Source: Octopus vulgaris (taxonomy: Eukaryota). Taken from it: 64,000 nucleotides of DNA. The DNA lies in contig OX597823.1 in NCBI GenBank assembly GCA_951406725.2, forward strand, positions 36,456,001 to 36,520,000. Reading direction: 5' to 3'. Shown piece after piece: positions 25,406 to 37,500 of this stretch (position 1 is its first letter; each line of letters starts with the position of its first letter). The position numbers were made by a program, and so were the translations under genes. Under the pieces are notes generated by a model. The model saw nothing but the letters and a program-made list of their open reading frames with translations. It had not been told where the DNA came from and made no database searches.

Positions 25406-25599
25406 TCCTTCTGCCACCACCGATTAGCAGACTGATGCCTGAGGGTTGCATCAAGTGGCTTCTAGTAGCGGGAACCTGAACTACAATGGGTTTGTTCCAC
25501 AGAGAATGTTTCCAGTTACTTTTGGGTACCTCCTCATATAACGGTGAAGCCTACTTACAATTAATGTTTGATGTTAGGACACACATAATGGGTTTTTTT

Positions 25600-25735
25600 T
25601 TTCAGTTTCCATTTACCATATCTGCTCATGAGGCTTTGGTCAGCCTAGGTCTATAGTAAGATGACACTTTCCTAAAGTGCCACACAGTGGGACTGAACTT
25701 GAAATCCTGTGGCTGAGAAGCAAACTTTTTACCAC
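25600..25735 (-). mobile_element. SINE family A head
   Basis: TTTCAGTTTCC...AAGTGCCACACAGTGGGACTGAAC...TACCACAC. Confidence 0.7.
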
Positions 25736-25754
25736 ACCTATGCAGCCATACCAG

Positions 25755-26085
25755 CATAGTCATAGTCAAGAAATTTGCTTCCCAATCACATGGTTTTGGA
25801 TTCAGACTTACTGTGTGGAATCCTAAGCTCTAGGCTGTTCAAAGCTTTGTGTGTAAATTTGGTTGACAGAAACTGAAAAAAGCCTGCATGTGTGTGTGTG
25901 TGTGTTTGTGTTTGTCTTGACATCATGTGATTGTTGTAAATGAATATCTTTCATTTCCAATATTCTGCAAAACATGTCTAGTCATGCAGGTGAGGTTTGG
26001 TGACACGAAAGGCATCTGGCCATAAAAAAAATCTTGCTCAGTAAACTCTGTCTGATCCATATAAACATGGATATGTGAAAGCAGC
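25755..26085 (+). mobile_element. SINE with family A head and RTE-type tail
   Basis: Head as family A, then GGTGAGGTTTGGTGACACGAAAGGCATCTGGCCATAAAAA. Paralogous to 52975-53360. Confidence 0.6.
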
Positions 26086-26728
26086 GACGTGTGTGTGTGT
26101 GTGTGTAATATTAGCATTGATCTACTTTTGTGTGTATGTGGTGAGGTGCGGGCTATTTTATCATTTCTAATATTTTATTCACTTATATATTTTATGGGTT
26201 GGAAACATTGTTTTCATGATCTTAAAGATTTCAGAAGTTTATCAGTTTGGTCAATAAAATTGAATTTTTCATGGTGTTTATGTTTAAACAGTCAATACTT
26301 AAATCATATTAAAGTAAGGACATCTCATGAAAAGTATAATCTTTCAATAAGAAAGTCAGAATAAAACCTGAAGATTTTGTGATATCTTTTTCATCTTTTA
26401 TCATATAATGATTTTTATGTTTTATCAGTCAATGAACTTATGTATTTTCTTTTAGAGAAAATATAATGCAAATTCAATCAATAAATTTTATCTTATATTT
26501 TTATGCCACTTCCCTCTGTTACTCTTCCATGGCTAGTTTACTTGAGTTCAGTCTATTACTACTGTCACAACTAATGTTCGGAAAACTTAGTTACTGGCAC
26601 TAAACAATGCAGAAGCTGAAACGTTCTATTGACATTCAACTGAAAAGATCAGCGTGCTTAATCTCTTCTTTGACCAAGGTACCATCTTTTCTGTAAGAAA
26701 AATAAAAAGCAGCATACTTTTGGAAGTT

Positions 26729-27121
26729 ACTCTCTTTACTTGTTTCAGTCATTTGACTGCGGCCATACTGGAGCACCACCTTTAGTCGAGCAAATCAACC
26801 CCAGGACTTATTCTTTGTAAGCCTAGTACTTATTCTATCGGTCTCTTTTGCCGAACCGCTAAATCACGGGGACGTAAACACACCAGCATCGGTTGTCAAG
26901 CGGTGTTGGGGGGACAAACACAGACACACAAATACACACATATATATATACATATATACGATGGGCTTCTTTCAGTTTCCGTCTACCATATCCACTCACA
27001 AGGCTTTGGTTGGCCCGAGGCTAAAGTAGAAGACACTTGCCCAAGGTGCCACACAGTGGAACTGAACCCAGAACCATGTGGTTTGTAAGCAAGCTACTTA
27101 CCACACAGCCACTCCTGCGCC
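26729..27121 (-). mobile_element. Full-length SINE family A
   Basis: Complete reverse-complement match to 9356-9798. Possible AAGTT TSD (26724-26728 and 27123-27127). Confidence 0.9.
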
Positions 27122-27674
27122 TAAGTTGTTAAATTTATTTGAAAGTTGTTAAATTTATTTGTCAATTTGTCAAACTAAATCAGTAAGACTTCTAAGTATT
27201 GATCACTGGCATCAGAGAAAATACTTTTTCAGAAAGTTTACATTTGAATTAGTGAATGAAACCAATGTGTAGTTATTTTTTTTTCTTTGACATCAATTAT
27301 CAAATAACTTAGAGATCATTTTACAATTGTTGTAAAAGCTGAGTGTTTTGTGACTGGAACACTCAGGACCTCATTAGGATTCTGAAGTCTTAAGAATACT
27401 GGGTTATTTCAGTTGTATTATCTTTTCAAGACATGTATCAGATTGTGGACAAATGGCACAATGGTATTAAATACCCCTAGTACTTGAGGAGATTGGTAGT
27501 AATCAGTATTGATATTAATCTATATAGTAACTACCAATAAATGTGTTATTGTTCTACTTTTAAATGTTAAATCAATAATGCTATGCAAATCTTCATCAAT
27601 ATTCTCTTTAACTAATTCAACAATGCTATTTTACCAAACCTACATTGCTGCTTTACTAAATGATGTCTTCAGTT

Positions 27675-27883
27675 TACTCTTTTATTCTTTTCAGTCATTT
27701 GATTGTGGCCATGCTAGAGCACTGCCTTTAGTCGAGCAAACTGACTCTAGGACTTATTCTTTGTATGCCTAGTACTTATTCTATCGGTCTCTTTTGCTGA
27801 ACCGGTAAGCTATGGGGACGTAAACACACCAGCATTGGTTGTCAAGTGATGTTGGGGGGACAAACACAGACACACAAACATAT

Positions 27884-27957
<74 letters not shown>

Positions 27958-28098
27958 GATGGGCTTCTTTCAGTTTCCATCTACCAAATCCACTCACTTT
28001 GCCTGAAGCTATAGTAGAAGACACTTGCTCAAGGTGCCACGCAGTGGGACTGAACCTGGAACCATGTGGTTGGTAAGCAAGCTACTTACCACACAGCC
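27675..28098 (-). mobile_element. SINE family A
   Basis: Reverse-complement match to 9356-9798. Confidence 0.88.
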
Positions 28099-29789
28099 TA
28101 TGAGTTTGATCAAATTTTCATGTCTTTCATGTTTTTGTAACTCTTAGAGCATAGATGATAATGTTAATAGCCTACAGTCATGGAATTTATTGATGTTTGT
28201 CATGATATGTAACTTTGTCTTGCTAATCATGGTGGAATAACCTGGATGTGTATGATGTCTGTTGGAACTCCTCCATGTGGTAAAGGTTTATTTTCCTGAT
28301 CTATATGATTACATTCCTGCACAGTGGAATAGAGAAAATAAATTCCTCTACAGTGGAATAGAAAAAATATATGTGATGGTGTTGAGTAATAATGTTCAAG
28401 AATGGGAGATTTCCGAGGATTCTATTTGTGGGTTCTGACTTTCTAGACTTTTAAATCTTAGTAAATATCTCACTTCAAATTGTTATTAATCCAGATTTGG
28501 TTAAACCTGAGCTAATGATTTTTCCAGAGAGCCAATATATAAAATGTATTGGCTCAGCATATTCAACTGACATTCCTAAAGTATTTGAAAAACTCTCTCT
28601 CCAGCAATTGACATATAATCGCTGATAAATTATACAACTGAAATACAGGTGGATTACTGTTACTCAGTGGGGTGCATCAACTGGGGATCAATATTTGATT
28701 TTATAAGAGAGGTTTATTTGTGGGTTTTTTTTCTGCCTTTCCCCAAAATATTAAAAATGTAAGGAAAGTGAATTTTAAGCAGGTCATTAATGCATTTTAC
28801 TCAATATCTATCATAATATTTACTCATCCCAGATACATATAATGTTGGTGGCTCTCTGTGTGATTAGGATTTAGCTGTTTGATCAACTGGACTGACTGAC
28901 TTGTCCATGATTTAATGTGTAAATGGCTGAGTATTCCATAGATGTATGTATCCTGAACATAATTCTTAGGCAGACTCAGCTTGATACAGTGACAAAGCTG
29001 TGCTTTTGGAATTATATGTACAATCCACTTGTCAAGTTTCTCTACAGCTTCCATCTCCAATTTTACTCAGGTGTTAGTTGACTTAAAGTTATAGAAAAAT
29101 GTTGAACTAGGCATTTCATTGTTGGGAAACTAACTTTTTCAGCCATACTGCACCTAATGTGGATATACATCATGAATATTAGTTATTGGATTAATTTTCA
29201 TACAAGAAAAGTTGTTGTAGCAATAAGTAGTTTGTGACAGCCTAACTTTCAGAATGATATCACTTTATACTTTTCAATGTTTTTTTTTAATCTGTAAAAT
29301 TTGAAAATGTCTTTTGAGTCAGTTGAATGTGAATTTAATATGGCTTTTAGACTTGCATCATACCAAAACCAGAAGCCTATTTCCCTTATGGCATTTTGTC
29401 AGTTGCTACCTCAGCTTGTGTTACAGACAGCATTGTTAACTGATTCTCTAACATGTTTTGCCAGCTTATTCTTCTCAACTTGCTCCATGCTCACACATTT
29501 TATTCCTTGTCACACCTACTTGTTTTGAATAAAATCCAATGATTATTCAGGTATATATTACCTTCTAGGTACAGAACAGAATCTTGGCTTAAGGTGATGG
29601 TCACCTGTCTTCATCTCTCACTTAAGATTTGAAATTAAAATATTTCCAAACTTGTTAACTTACAATTTAAGAGTTTAAAAGATAAAAATCCAAACAGCAC
29701 ATTTAACTGTTGTCAGATACGATGTCATGTTCTTAGTGATGCATTGTATTTTGACATATAGCCAGAACTCCAGTTGTTATTTACCTCTG

Positions 29790-29912
29790 CTAAGGTGGCA
29801 TGCTAGCAGAACCGTTTTCACAGGCAAAATGTTTAGTGGCATTATATTCGTCTTTGTTCTGAGTTCAAATTCCACTGAGGTTGTCTTTCATCCTTTTGGG
29901 GTCAATAATTGA
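29790..29912 (+). mobile_element. SINE family B 5' part
   Basis: AAGGTGGC..GCTAGCAGAACCGTT...GTTCTGAGTTCAAATTCC.CTGAGGTTG.CTTTCATCCTTTTGGGGTCAATAA. Truncated where the Penelope fragment begins. Confidence 0.7.
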
Positions 29913-29914
29913 CT

Positions 29915-30700
29915 TTGCGGTATACGGATGTCCTGAATCTATACTTGATGTGTGTCATTAATACGTCCAGGAATGCTAGCTGATTGTCTTTTTCCTTTTC
30001 CATTGTGAACTGTATGGCTTTATTGAATTCACATGATCTAACAGCACTTAGACATCTTCCTGGTAGGGCCAGAGTATAAAGGCGTCATCAACATATTGCA
30101 GCCATAGGGTTGATTTCAGTGGTGTTGATCCTAAAGCCAAATTCTCAAAGTATTCCATGTATATATTGGCTATTATCGGTGATAAAGGTGAACCCATAGC
30201 TAAACTCTCTTCTTGTCGATATATATCAGTGTCCATACTGAAGTAAGTAATTTCTACACAGAAGGTCAACATTTCCATCAAGTTCCTTATTGGTATACTA
30301 GTGCGTTCTTTTAGATTGGTGTCTGTTACTAGTTTTTCTTGAATCACCGATAGTGCTTCACCAGTTGGGACTTTGATGAACAGACTTATCACATCTAGAC
30401 TCACCATCTGGTTGGATTCAATGGGGGTATCTTTGATCTATTCTGTGAAGTGGGTGGAATTCTTCACATATGATGTTGACTTTCCTGCTAATGGACTGAT
30501 TATATCCACAAGGAAGCAGCTCAGTGGATGACATGCTGAACCTCTACAGCTCACTATAGTTCTTAATGGAATACCAACCTTATGAATCTTAGGGAGACCA
30601 TACATGTGTGGTAGTTTACTGTAGTGTTGAGTCAGTTGCCTGTACTTCATTGGTGTAAAGTGATCCTTTTTCTTGATCAAAATCTGTGACAATTCCTTCT
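29915..30700 (-). pseudogene. Penelope-like element reverse transcriptase fragment
   Basis: YGLPKIHKVGIPLRTIVS, SLDVISLF, YRQEESLAMGSPLSPIIANIYME, YVDDAF, QFTMEKEKDNQLAFLDV and TSVYRK are Penelope RT motifs. Contains a stop and a frameshift. Confidence 0.92.
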
Positions 30701-30807
30701 CTCTTTTCAGAGTTAGGTCTATTTTTTTTCTTTGCTATGGCTACCATCACTTAATATATATTTTTCAGAGTAGTCATCATCATTTCCCAGGTTTTAAATT
30801 TTCCCAA

Positions 30808-30853
30808 GACACCTGATGAAGGCTGGAGGGTATATCAGCTGAAATGTTGTGTT
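30808..30853 (+). ncRNA. Minimal type I hammerhead ribozyme in a Penelope pLTR (about 30755-30935)
   Basis: GACAC-CUGAUGA-A-GGCUG-GAGGGUAUAU-CAGCU-GAAA-UGUU-GUGUU. Stems I and II and the core are intact; stem III reads AUGU where palindromic ACGU is expected. Confidence 0.7.
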
Positions 30854-31144
30854 AACAACAAAGATGAGGGCAAATATCCGTCAAATGTAAATAATGTAAA
30901 TGATGTACATAATTCTTCATCTCTTAAATATAAAACTTTATTAACTAAACCTTTGTCTAAATAATTTGGGTACTTTGGCAAATCCAGTTGATAACATCTT
31001 CTTTGTTGTCAGCTGCCTCTCACCATGTATTTTACTTTCTGTTTATTTATTGTCTTTTTTTTTGTAAGCTGCAGAAATTTTAATTAGGTTTCTAGAATAA
31101 GTCTTTCCAAATATTTGTGTGTGTGTTTGAATGGGTTTTCCACT

Positions 31145-31558
31145 TCAGTTCATTCTGTCATTAATTTCTTCCAGTGATGGATTGGATCTGAAGTCTTCAA
31201 ATTAGCTTTCTCCTTTCTGGTTTTGAGAAGCCTAATTTCTCAAGATTGGTATTTAGGCAGTGTGTTACATATCCCAGGGCCCCAATAATTACAGGTATAA
31301 CAGGTATAAACCTGAACTTGTAATCTGGATAGAGTTACTGCAGATTTCTCAATAGTTCAGCATAGGTGTTCTCTTTTCCACTGATCTTCAACTTTATGTT
31401 AACATCTGCTGGGCAGCTAATTTCCACAACTGTGCACAGTTTCTCTTCTCTATCCCAAATCATTATATCAGGTTTTTTTATTATGAATGGCTATGGCTTC
31501 TACCATATTGTGTGTTCTTATTTCTTTGTCCTTGCGATTATCCTTTCAAGGAATTTCA
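31145..31558 (-). pseudogene. R4/Dong-like non-LTR retrotransposon C-terminal (RLE) fragment
   Basis: PDIMIWDREEKLCTVVEISCPADVN...KENTYAELLRNLQ*LYPDYKFRFIPVIPVIIGALG. Homologous to 36389-36580. Confidence 0.75.
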
Positions 31559-32009
31559 CCCATGCAAGCAAGGAAAAGTAGACAAACATTAAAGCAATGA
31601 TGATGTTGATGTCTATCTGTCTGTCTGTCTCTTATATTTTTAATAGTTATAAATCTTCCACTGAGGAGGGAGCCAGTTTCCAACAAAGATACAAGGCTCC
31701 ATCTTTGGGATGTAGTTAACACAGACAAATTCACATTTGTAACTTGAGAAAAGTCTTGCATATTTTTACTGTTCTGCTCACTGATTGCACTTGTAATGTA
31801 TGAATCAGCTAGTCTATTTCTCTTCCTGAAAACCCCAGTTTATCCAGATTCTCCTTTAAGCATTTACTAACTAAACCTAGTCCTCCAATTATTACTGGTA
31901 TGAATATGAATTCATAGTCTGGATATAAAAGCTGGAGGCTTCGAAGCAGTTATGTATGTATGTATGTATGTATGTATGTATGTATATATGTATGTATGTA
32001 TGGGCATAC

Positions 32010-32216
32010 ACTGTATGTATGTGTTTGTCTCTCCACCATTGCTTGGCAACAGATGTTGGTGTGTTTATGTCCCTGTAACTTAGTGGTTTGGCAAAAGAGT
32101 CTGATACAATAAGTATTAGGCTTACAGAGAATAAGTCCTGAAGCCAATTTGTCTAAAGGTGGTGCTCCAGCATGGCCCCAGTCAAATGACTGAAACAAGT
32201 AAAAGAGTAAAAGAGT
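32010..32216 (+). mobile_element. SINE family A 3' half
   Basis: Matches 9600-9798. Confidence 0.8.
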
Positions 32217-32827
32217 ATATGCACACATACACACACACACACACACACTCTCTCTCTCTCTCTCTCATATTAAAAGACACACTTGTTAAAAATGATGGAG
32301 CCTATTATTGTATCTTTCAGTATATCTTGATGTGTCTGTTTCAAGCCTTCAAGGGTTGCTTCTCTTTCTTCTTAGGTTTCTTGTTTTGAAGCACATTTCA
32401 TCTCCAATTCACTGTTTGAAGTGACTGAAGATTTCCCTGTCTATTTCAACTATTGTCCTTCCTCATTCATTCACTTTCTTTCATTATTTCTTTACCTTTT
32501 TTCTCCCTAACAGAATTTGTCCTTGCTTCTTTTTATTTCTCAAACATTCCCAACTGCATTTTGATATCATTCACAAATCTCTCTCTTCCCTGTTATTTTA
32601 TATGTTACTGTTCTAATTTAATCTTGCTGTTGTAGAGCTCTATTTTTCTCCATCCCACCTCTTCCTGTATCTCTTCAGTTATCACTCTACTCTCCCTCTC
32701 TATTTCATCAATTGCTTGTCATGTTTGCTGGATGTCTGCTAACTGTTTCTCTCACCTTGACTACTACTTTCTTTTCCCTCTTTCCTATAATGTGATAGGA
32801 AAACAAAATATGAAAAAAAAAGAAAGC

Positions 32828-32873
<46 letters not shown>

Positions 32874-32875
32874 CA

Positions 32876-32916
<41 letters not shown>

Positions 32917-35200
32917 AGAAATATTGGTTTCTATTACACAAACAGAATGTAGGTTTCTTTGAGTAGAGAGATAATATTGAGATGTATAAATAAACATGAA
33001 GTTTACTTGTATGTTCTGTTCATATGATGTCAACATTCATTTAAAATTTTAATATTCAAGAACAAACTTCATTTATTTATTATCCAATAGCATGTCTGAA
33101 CATAATGTTTGATCAATGATGATAAGTTAACATCAAAGAGATGTAAAATTTTATTCTTTAGATTCTGTATTGAAGCGGTGTTCAATTAATATTACTCATA
33201 GACTGTAGCTTTGAGAACAAGTGCTCTATCAAACACCTTGATAGTTTGCAGTGATCCTTGAATTAATTCATTCAAATTCAAGTTTACAAAGACTCTACTA
33301 GCTCCTTTTATTACACATAAAGAATATTTTCTTTTCTTTTTTTTTTTGTATTATTTAGGTTCAGTTATTTCTCTGTCTCTTTTTTTTCTCTCACTCTCCC
33401 TCCATTATCTTTATAAAATTTTGATTACACATTTATTCATGATTCACTTCTTCAAAAACTGTACATCAATTTATTAGTGCAAATTAACCAATTCTAATTG
33501 TTGTAACATTTTAATATTACAAATATTACTTGTTTTAACAATCAGTTAAGTGAACTGATCCCCTCTGGTTTATTGGTGTTTTATTTATTGAGTCAGGAAG
33601 ATGAATCTCAGATGATTTAGAAATTTCACAAAAATGTATTATTTCATATTTGTGCTTTTAGTCGAGGTAGTTATCCTTTGAAATTTTATAGATTGTATAT
33701 TTTCTTTTTCTGTAATTGTTCTCATGTAGAACTGGGTGTATAATGTTATTCTTTGATCAATATTTAGTTAGATAGTTTGTCTTTATTAAGAGTAGTAGAG
33801 AAAACAACTAGAGCACTGTTAATAGTGAATCATAGGAGATGTTTAAATTACTCTCTGAAAGCCTATTTCTGGAACACTACGTAGAGCTTTTACCTTAGCT
33901 GTCTTGACTACAAGGCAATAAGTTCTGTAAGAATTCAACTGGATCAGCAACTTGATCCACAAGATGTGGAGATGAAGGTCATATAATGGATTTGTAGGGG
34001 AATCCACCTGGAATTCTTACATAACTTAATCACTACACAAAGGTATAATGATTATTGCATTCAAATGCCACCCAAATCTTAAATGTACCCAGTTGAAATG
34101 TGCTTTGAACTTTCCAAAGAGTAAAATTGTAAAGCTCAATTAGGAGTCTTCTGAATAGTGTCTTCCAAAACTCAAGATGTGGTTGACGTTTTTAGATAAT
34201 AGAACAGTAGAGTCCAGGGAAACTTGTAATGTTCTGCATTGCTAAATCTCTCTATAATATGGACTGATTTGTATTTATGTTCTGCCATTCATCAAAAAAT
34301 AGCATGTAATTTGGCTTGTAGCAGAAATATTACATGTTGATCACAGAGATTATTGAATGTCACCCATGTTTTGGTAATGTCTCTGTTGCGTATATTTCTT
34401 GAAAGCTATGGAAAGAACTAAGAAAGGAATAGAAGCATTTATGATGAGAATTAATCTGTCATTAAATAACACTAATCTTCCTTTCATGAGTAATAGAAGA
34501 CAATTTTTCATGATAACTACATTCACAATGGCCAGTAGCAAGTCACAAGGACTTCATCAACAACTGAATGTTGGTTTAAGTAGGGTACCAGAAAGGAACA
34601 GTTATAAATTACTGATGAATAATGATAGAAAATAGGAGAAATCTTTATGGAAATTGATGTTTTAACACTGAATATTGTGATAAAGAACTTTGGGAATAAT
34701 GATAATTGAAAATCTGTTGAAGTTTTATAAATATCGTAATCTGTCTTTGTAAATAAAGTACTCACATTTTTAATTAACTTTCCTTAAACCATTCTGTGAC
34801 TCATTACAATAAAATGAAAGTAAAAACAAAACCTATCATTTTTAATGGCACAGATAGCTATGTGCTTATATCATCTTTACCCATCATTTTTAATTAGTGG
34901 CATGTTCTGTTACATTCATGAAAACTGCTCTTCTCATTCTAGTATGAAAAGCAGACGTAAAATGGTGACTGTAATAGTTTAGTGTTAAAAATAAGTTCTT
35001 TGGTAAAGAATTTATCAGTGGTTTGACCTGTTGTTTTGAATGGGTCTACCATGGATCATTGTATACAATTAATAAAACTATTGATTTCTTTATGACACAG
35101 GTACATTGGTAATACAAAATATATTTTATATACTAGGTGTGTTGCCTTTTATCTTATAGTAATAATAATAATAATAATTTGGCAGTGCCACCTCTAGCCA

Positions 35201-35261
35201 AACAATTATTCTGTGCTGATGAAGGGAAATAACCCGGAAATCGCAATACACAAATATTGTT
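35201..35261 (+). ncRNA. Type I hammerhead ribozyme, copy 1
   Basis: AACAAU-UAUUC-UGUG-CUGAUGA-A-GGG-AAAUAA-CCC-G-GAAA-UCGCAA-UA/CACA-AAU-AUUGUU. Predicted cleavage after 35248. Confidence 0.8.
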
Positions 35262-35553
35262 TTGAGCTGCGTGGGAGTGCTAAATTCCCTTGTTCGAAAA
35301 CATAAGGACATAGATTGTGTCGTATAGCCAACTGGAGACGATGTCTCCTAGGGCTAGATTACAGCAACATTCATCCTAAACCAGGACTGCTATGTTATGT
35401 TGGCAAACAATCTTTACTACAAAGTACTGTTGCTGAATATCTCATGTTGCGAGATTTAAAAATAGTAATTTTCTAATTTGTAGATCAGTGACTAGTTGTC
35501 ACTTTGAAAACTATATATTTCGAATGAGAATTTGGCAGCGTCACCTCTAGCCA

Positions 35554-35614
35554 AGCAATTATTCTGTGCTGATGAAGGGAAATAACCCGGAAATCACGAT
35601 ACACTGATATTGTT
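35554..35614 (+). ncRNA. Type I hammerhead ribozyme, copy 2
   Basis: AGCAAU-UAUUC-UGUG-CUGAUGA-A-GGG-AAAUAA-CCC-G-GAAA-UCACGA-UA/CACU-GAU-AUUGUU. Predicted cleavage after 35601. Confidence 0.8.
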
Positions 35615-36384
35615 TTGAGCTGTGTGGGGGTGCTAGATTCCTTTGTTTGAAAATATAAGGACACAGATCGTGTCATACACCCAGCTGGAGATGATGTCTC
35701 CTGGGGCTAAATTACGGCAACATTCATCCTAAGTGAGGACTGCCATGTTATGTCAGCAAACAATCTTTACTACAGTAATAATAATGTTCATATCACTGAG
35801 GAAGTAGCTGCAAGGCTTGGGATGACTTGTACTATTCTTATCATGATGTTATCTCGATAGCAGTGTACGACACTGCAGTGTATCAGGTTCTGAGTCATGA
35901 ATGTATACCAGATGTATATGAAAATACTTACTCTTGTCACTTAGAGGGTGTAATTAATATATACACACACATAATATATACACACACATGAGTGTAGGGT
36001 GGGAGAACACCAAGAAATATTGAAGTATGCCAGGTGGTCTCTGAGAATTCAGCTGCACACAGATACCAAGCAACTGATTACAAATTGTGCTAGCTAGGTC
36101 ATGTAGTCTGGTTTCCTGTTAACCAAAGACTTGATTTCTATCAGCTGAGGATGTCACTGTTTGAGAAAAACCATATCAGTGGGCAATTAACACAGTATAA
36201 AATCCTTGGCTCATTAGCCTTAGTTTGTTGGTGCTTGTTTTCTTCAAAACTGAATCTATCATCTCACTTCAGTTTCTCTACCATTCTCTCTTCCATTTTA
36301 TTTCCCTGTCTATTTTTCTCATCATTCTGATAGTGAGCAAGATAAACTCAATCATGACACTGAAATCATAAGTATGTCACTAGA

Positions 36385-36930
36385 TGAATCCACAATTGTG
36401 CACAGTTTCTTTTCTCTATCCCAAATGATTATATCAGGTCTGTTGTGCTTACATTTTATTGAGGTCTTCACTGAGACATTTCACCAGTATTCCTTTTTAT
36501 TATGAGTGGCTATGGCTTCTACCATATTGTGTGTTCTTATTTCTTTGTCCTTGGGATTATCCTTTCAATGGATTTCATTATAGAGTGTCTTAGCTACAAC
36601 ATCATATCTCATCAGTAGATAATACCGTGATGACATTTTCAGACAACTGCTCATGATGTGCATGATATGTTGAGTGTGACTCCATGAAGTCTGCATCGGT
36701 TGTCATATTTTACTGCTTTTCCTGCATCTTTATCCCTTTTGTGCATAAGGTACTTGGTTGATTTTTCCTGCTCCTGGATTGCATATGCATACCCTTCAAA
36801 GTGGGAGGTAGTAATCCGGCTATTGGGCCATGATAAACTACTTTGATGATTGATATTACTGTCATCACGGAACTTTCTACTAACATATCCATGCATAGTC
36901 TTTTGCTCATATAGGCTCATCCTTTCATCT
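36385..36930 (-). pseudogene. R4/Dong-like non-LTR retrotransposon fragment (zinc-knuckle region plus RLE)
   Basis: KTMHG...SLSW...EGYAYAIQEQEKSTK...DNRCRL, then SVKTSIKCKHNRPDIIIWDREKKLCTIVD (RPD..D endonuclease motif). Confidence 0.8.
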
Positions 36931-37500
36931 GATGATACATTGCGGTCGAGTCGTGTGACTTCTTTTGGGCATGTATTCTAGGTTATCAAAGAGTGTTGCT
37001 CAAGGAGCTGACGTATGTATGTGTGTGTGTGTGTTTGTGTGTGAATAACATTTCCATTGTCAAGAAAAGGATTATATTGGAAAATGACAAAATTAATGAA
37101 GCCATCCAACCAGTTGCTATAAACAGTGCTATCAGTAAGACTAGTTGAAACTTCACCACTATATGATATTCACCATTATAATTGTTCATTTAATGTTGCA
37201 CAGATTAACTTCAAGAAATATGAGTTTGATTTTCCTTCCTTTTATTCAAACTTAAAACACAATGTATGATTATTCTTCTAGATAAAGTTCGAGAATTAAC
37301 TCCATAATTATATTTATTTATCACTGAAACCATTTTAAAACCATTTTTGACATATCAGCCAGTGTTATTGACCAATGCTAGCAACTAATAAATGTTATGC
37401 CTCTTTATGCTGTCAGTCTACTTGACATAACAAACAAATCTCCCTCAAGCCACACTCTACCTACTTTGAAGATGTATCTTCGATAGAATTACCCTATATA

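Larger units (their letters stand above)
35176..35774 (+). mobile_element. Candidate non-LTR retrozyme: 1.7-mer of a 353-bp hammerhead-containing unit in a (TAA)n tract
   Basis: Direct repeats of about 246 bp at 35176-35421 and 35529-35774 (offset 353), each with a hammerhead fold. AGTAATAATAAT occurs at both ends. No coding capacity. Confidence 0.75.

Noticed and set aside
35292-35301. Pol III B-box-like GTTCGAAAAC in the hammerhead repeat
   Set aside because: Imperfect match, altered in copy 2, and no convincing A box.
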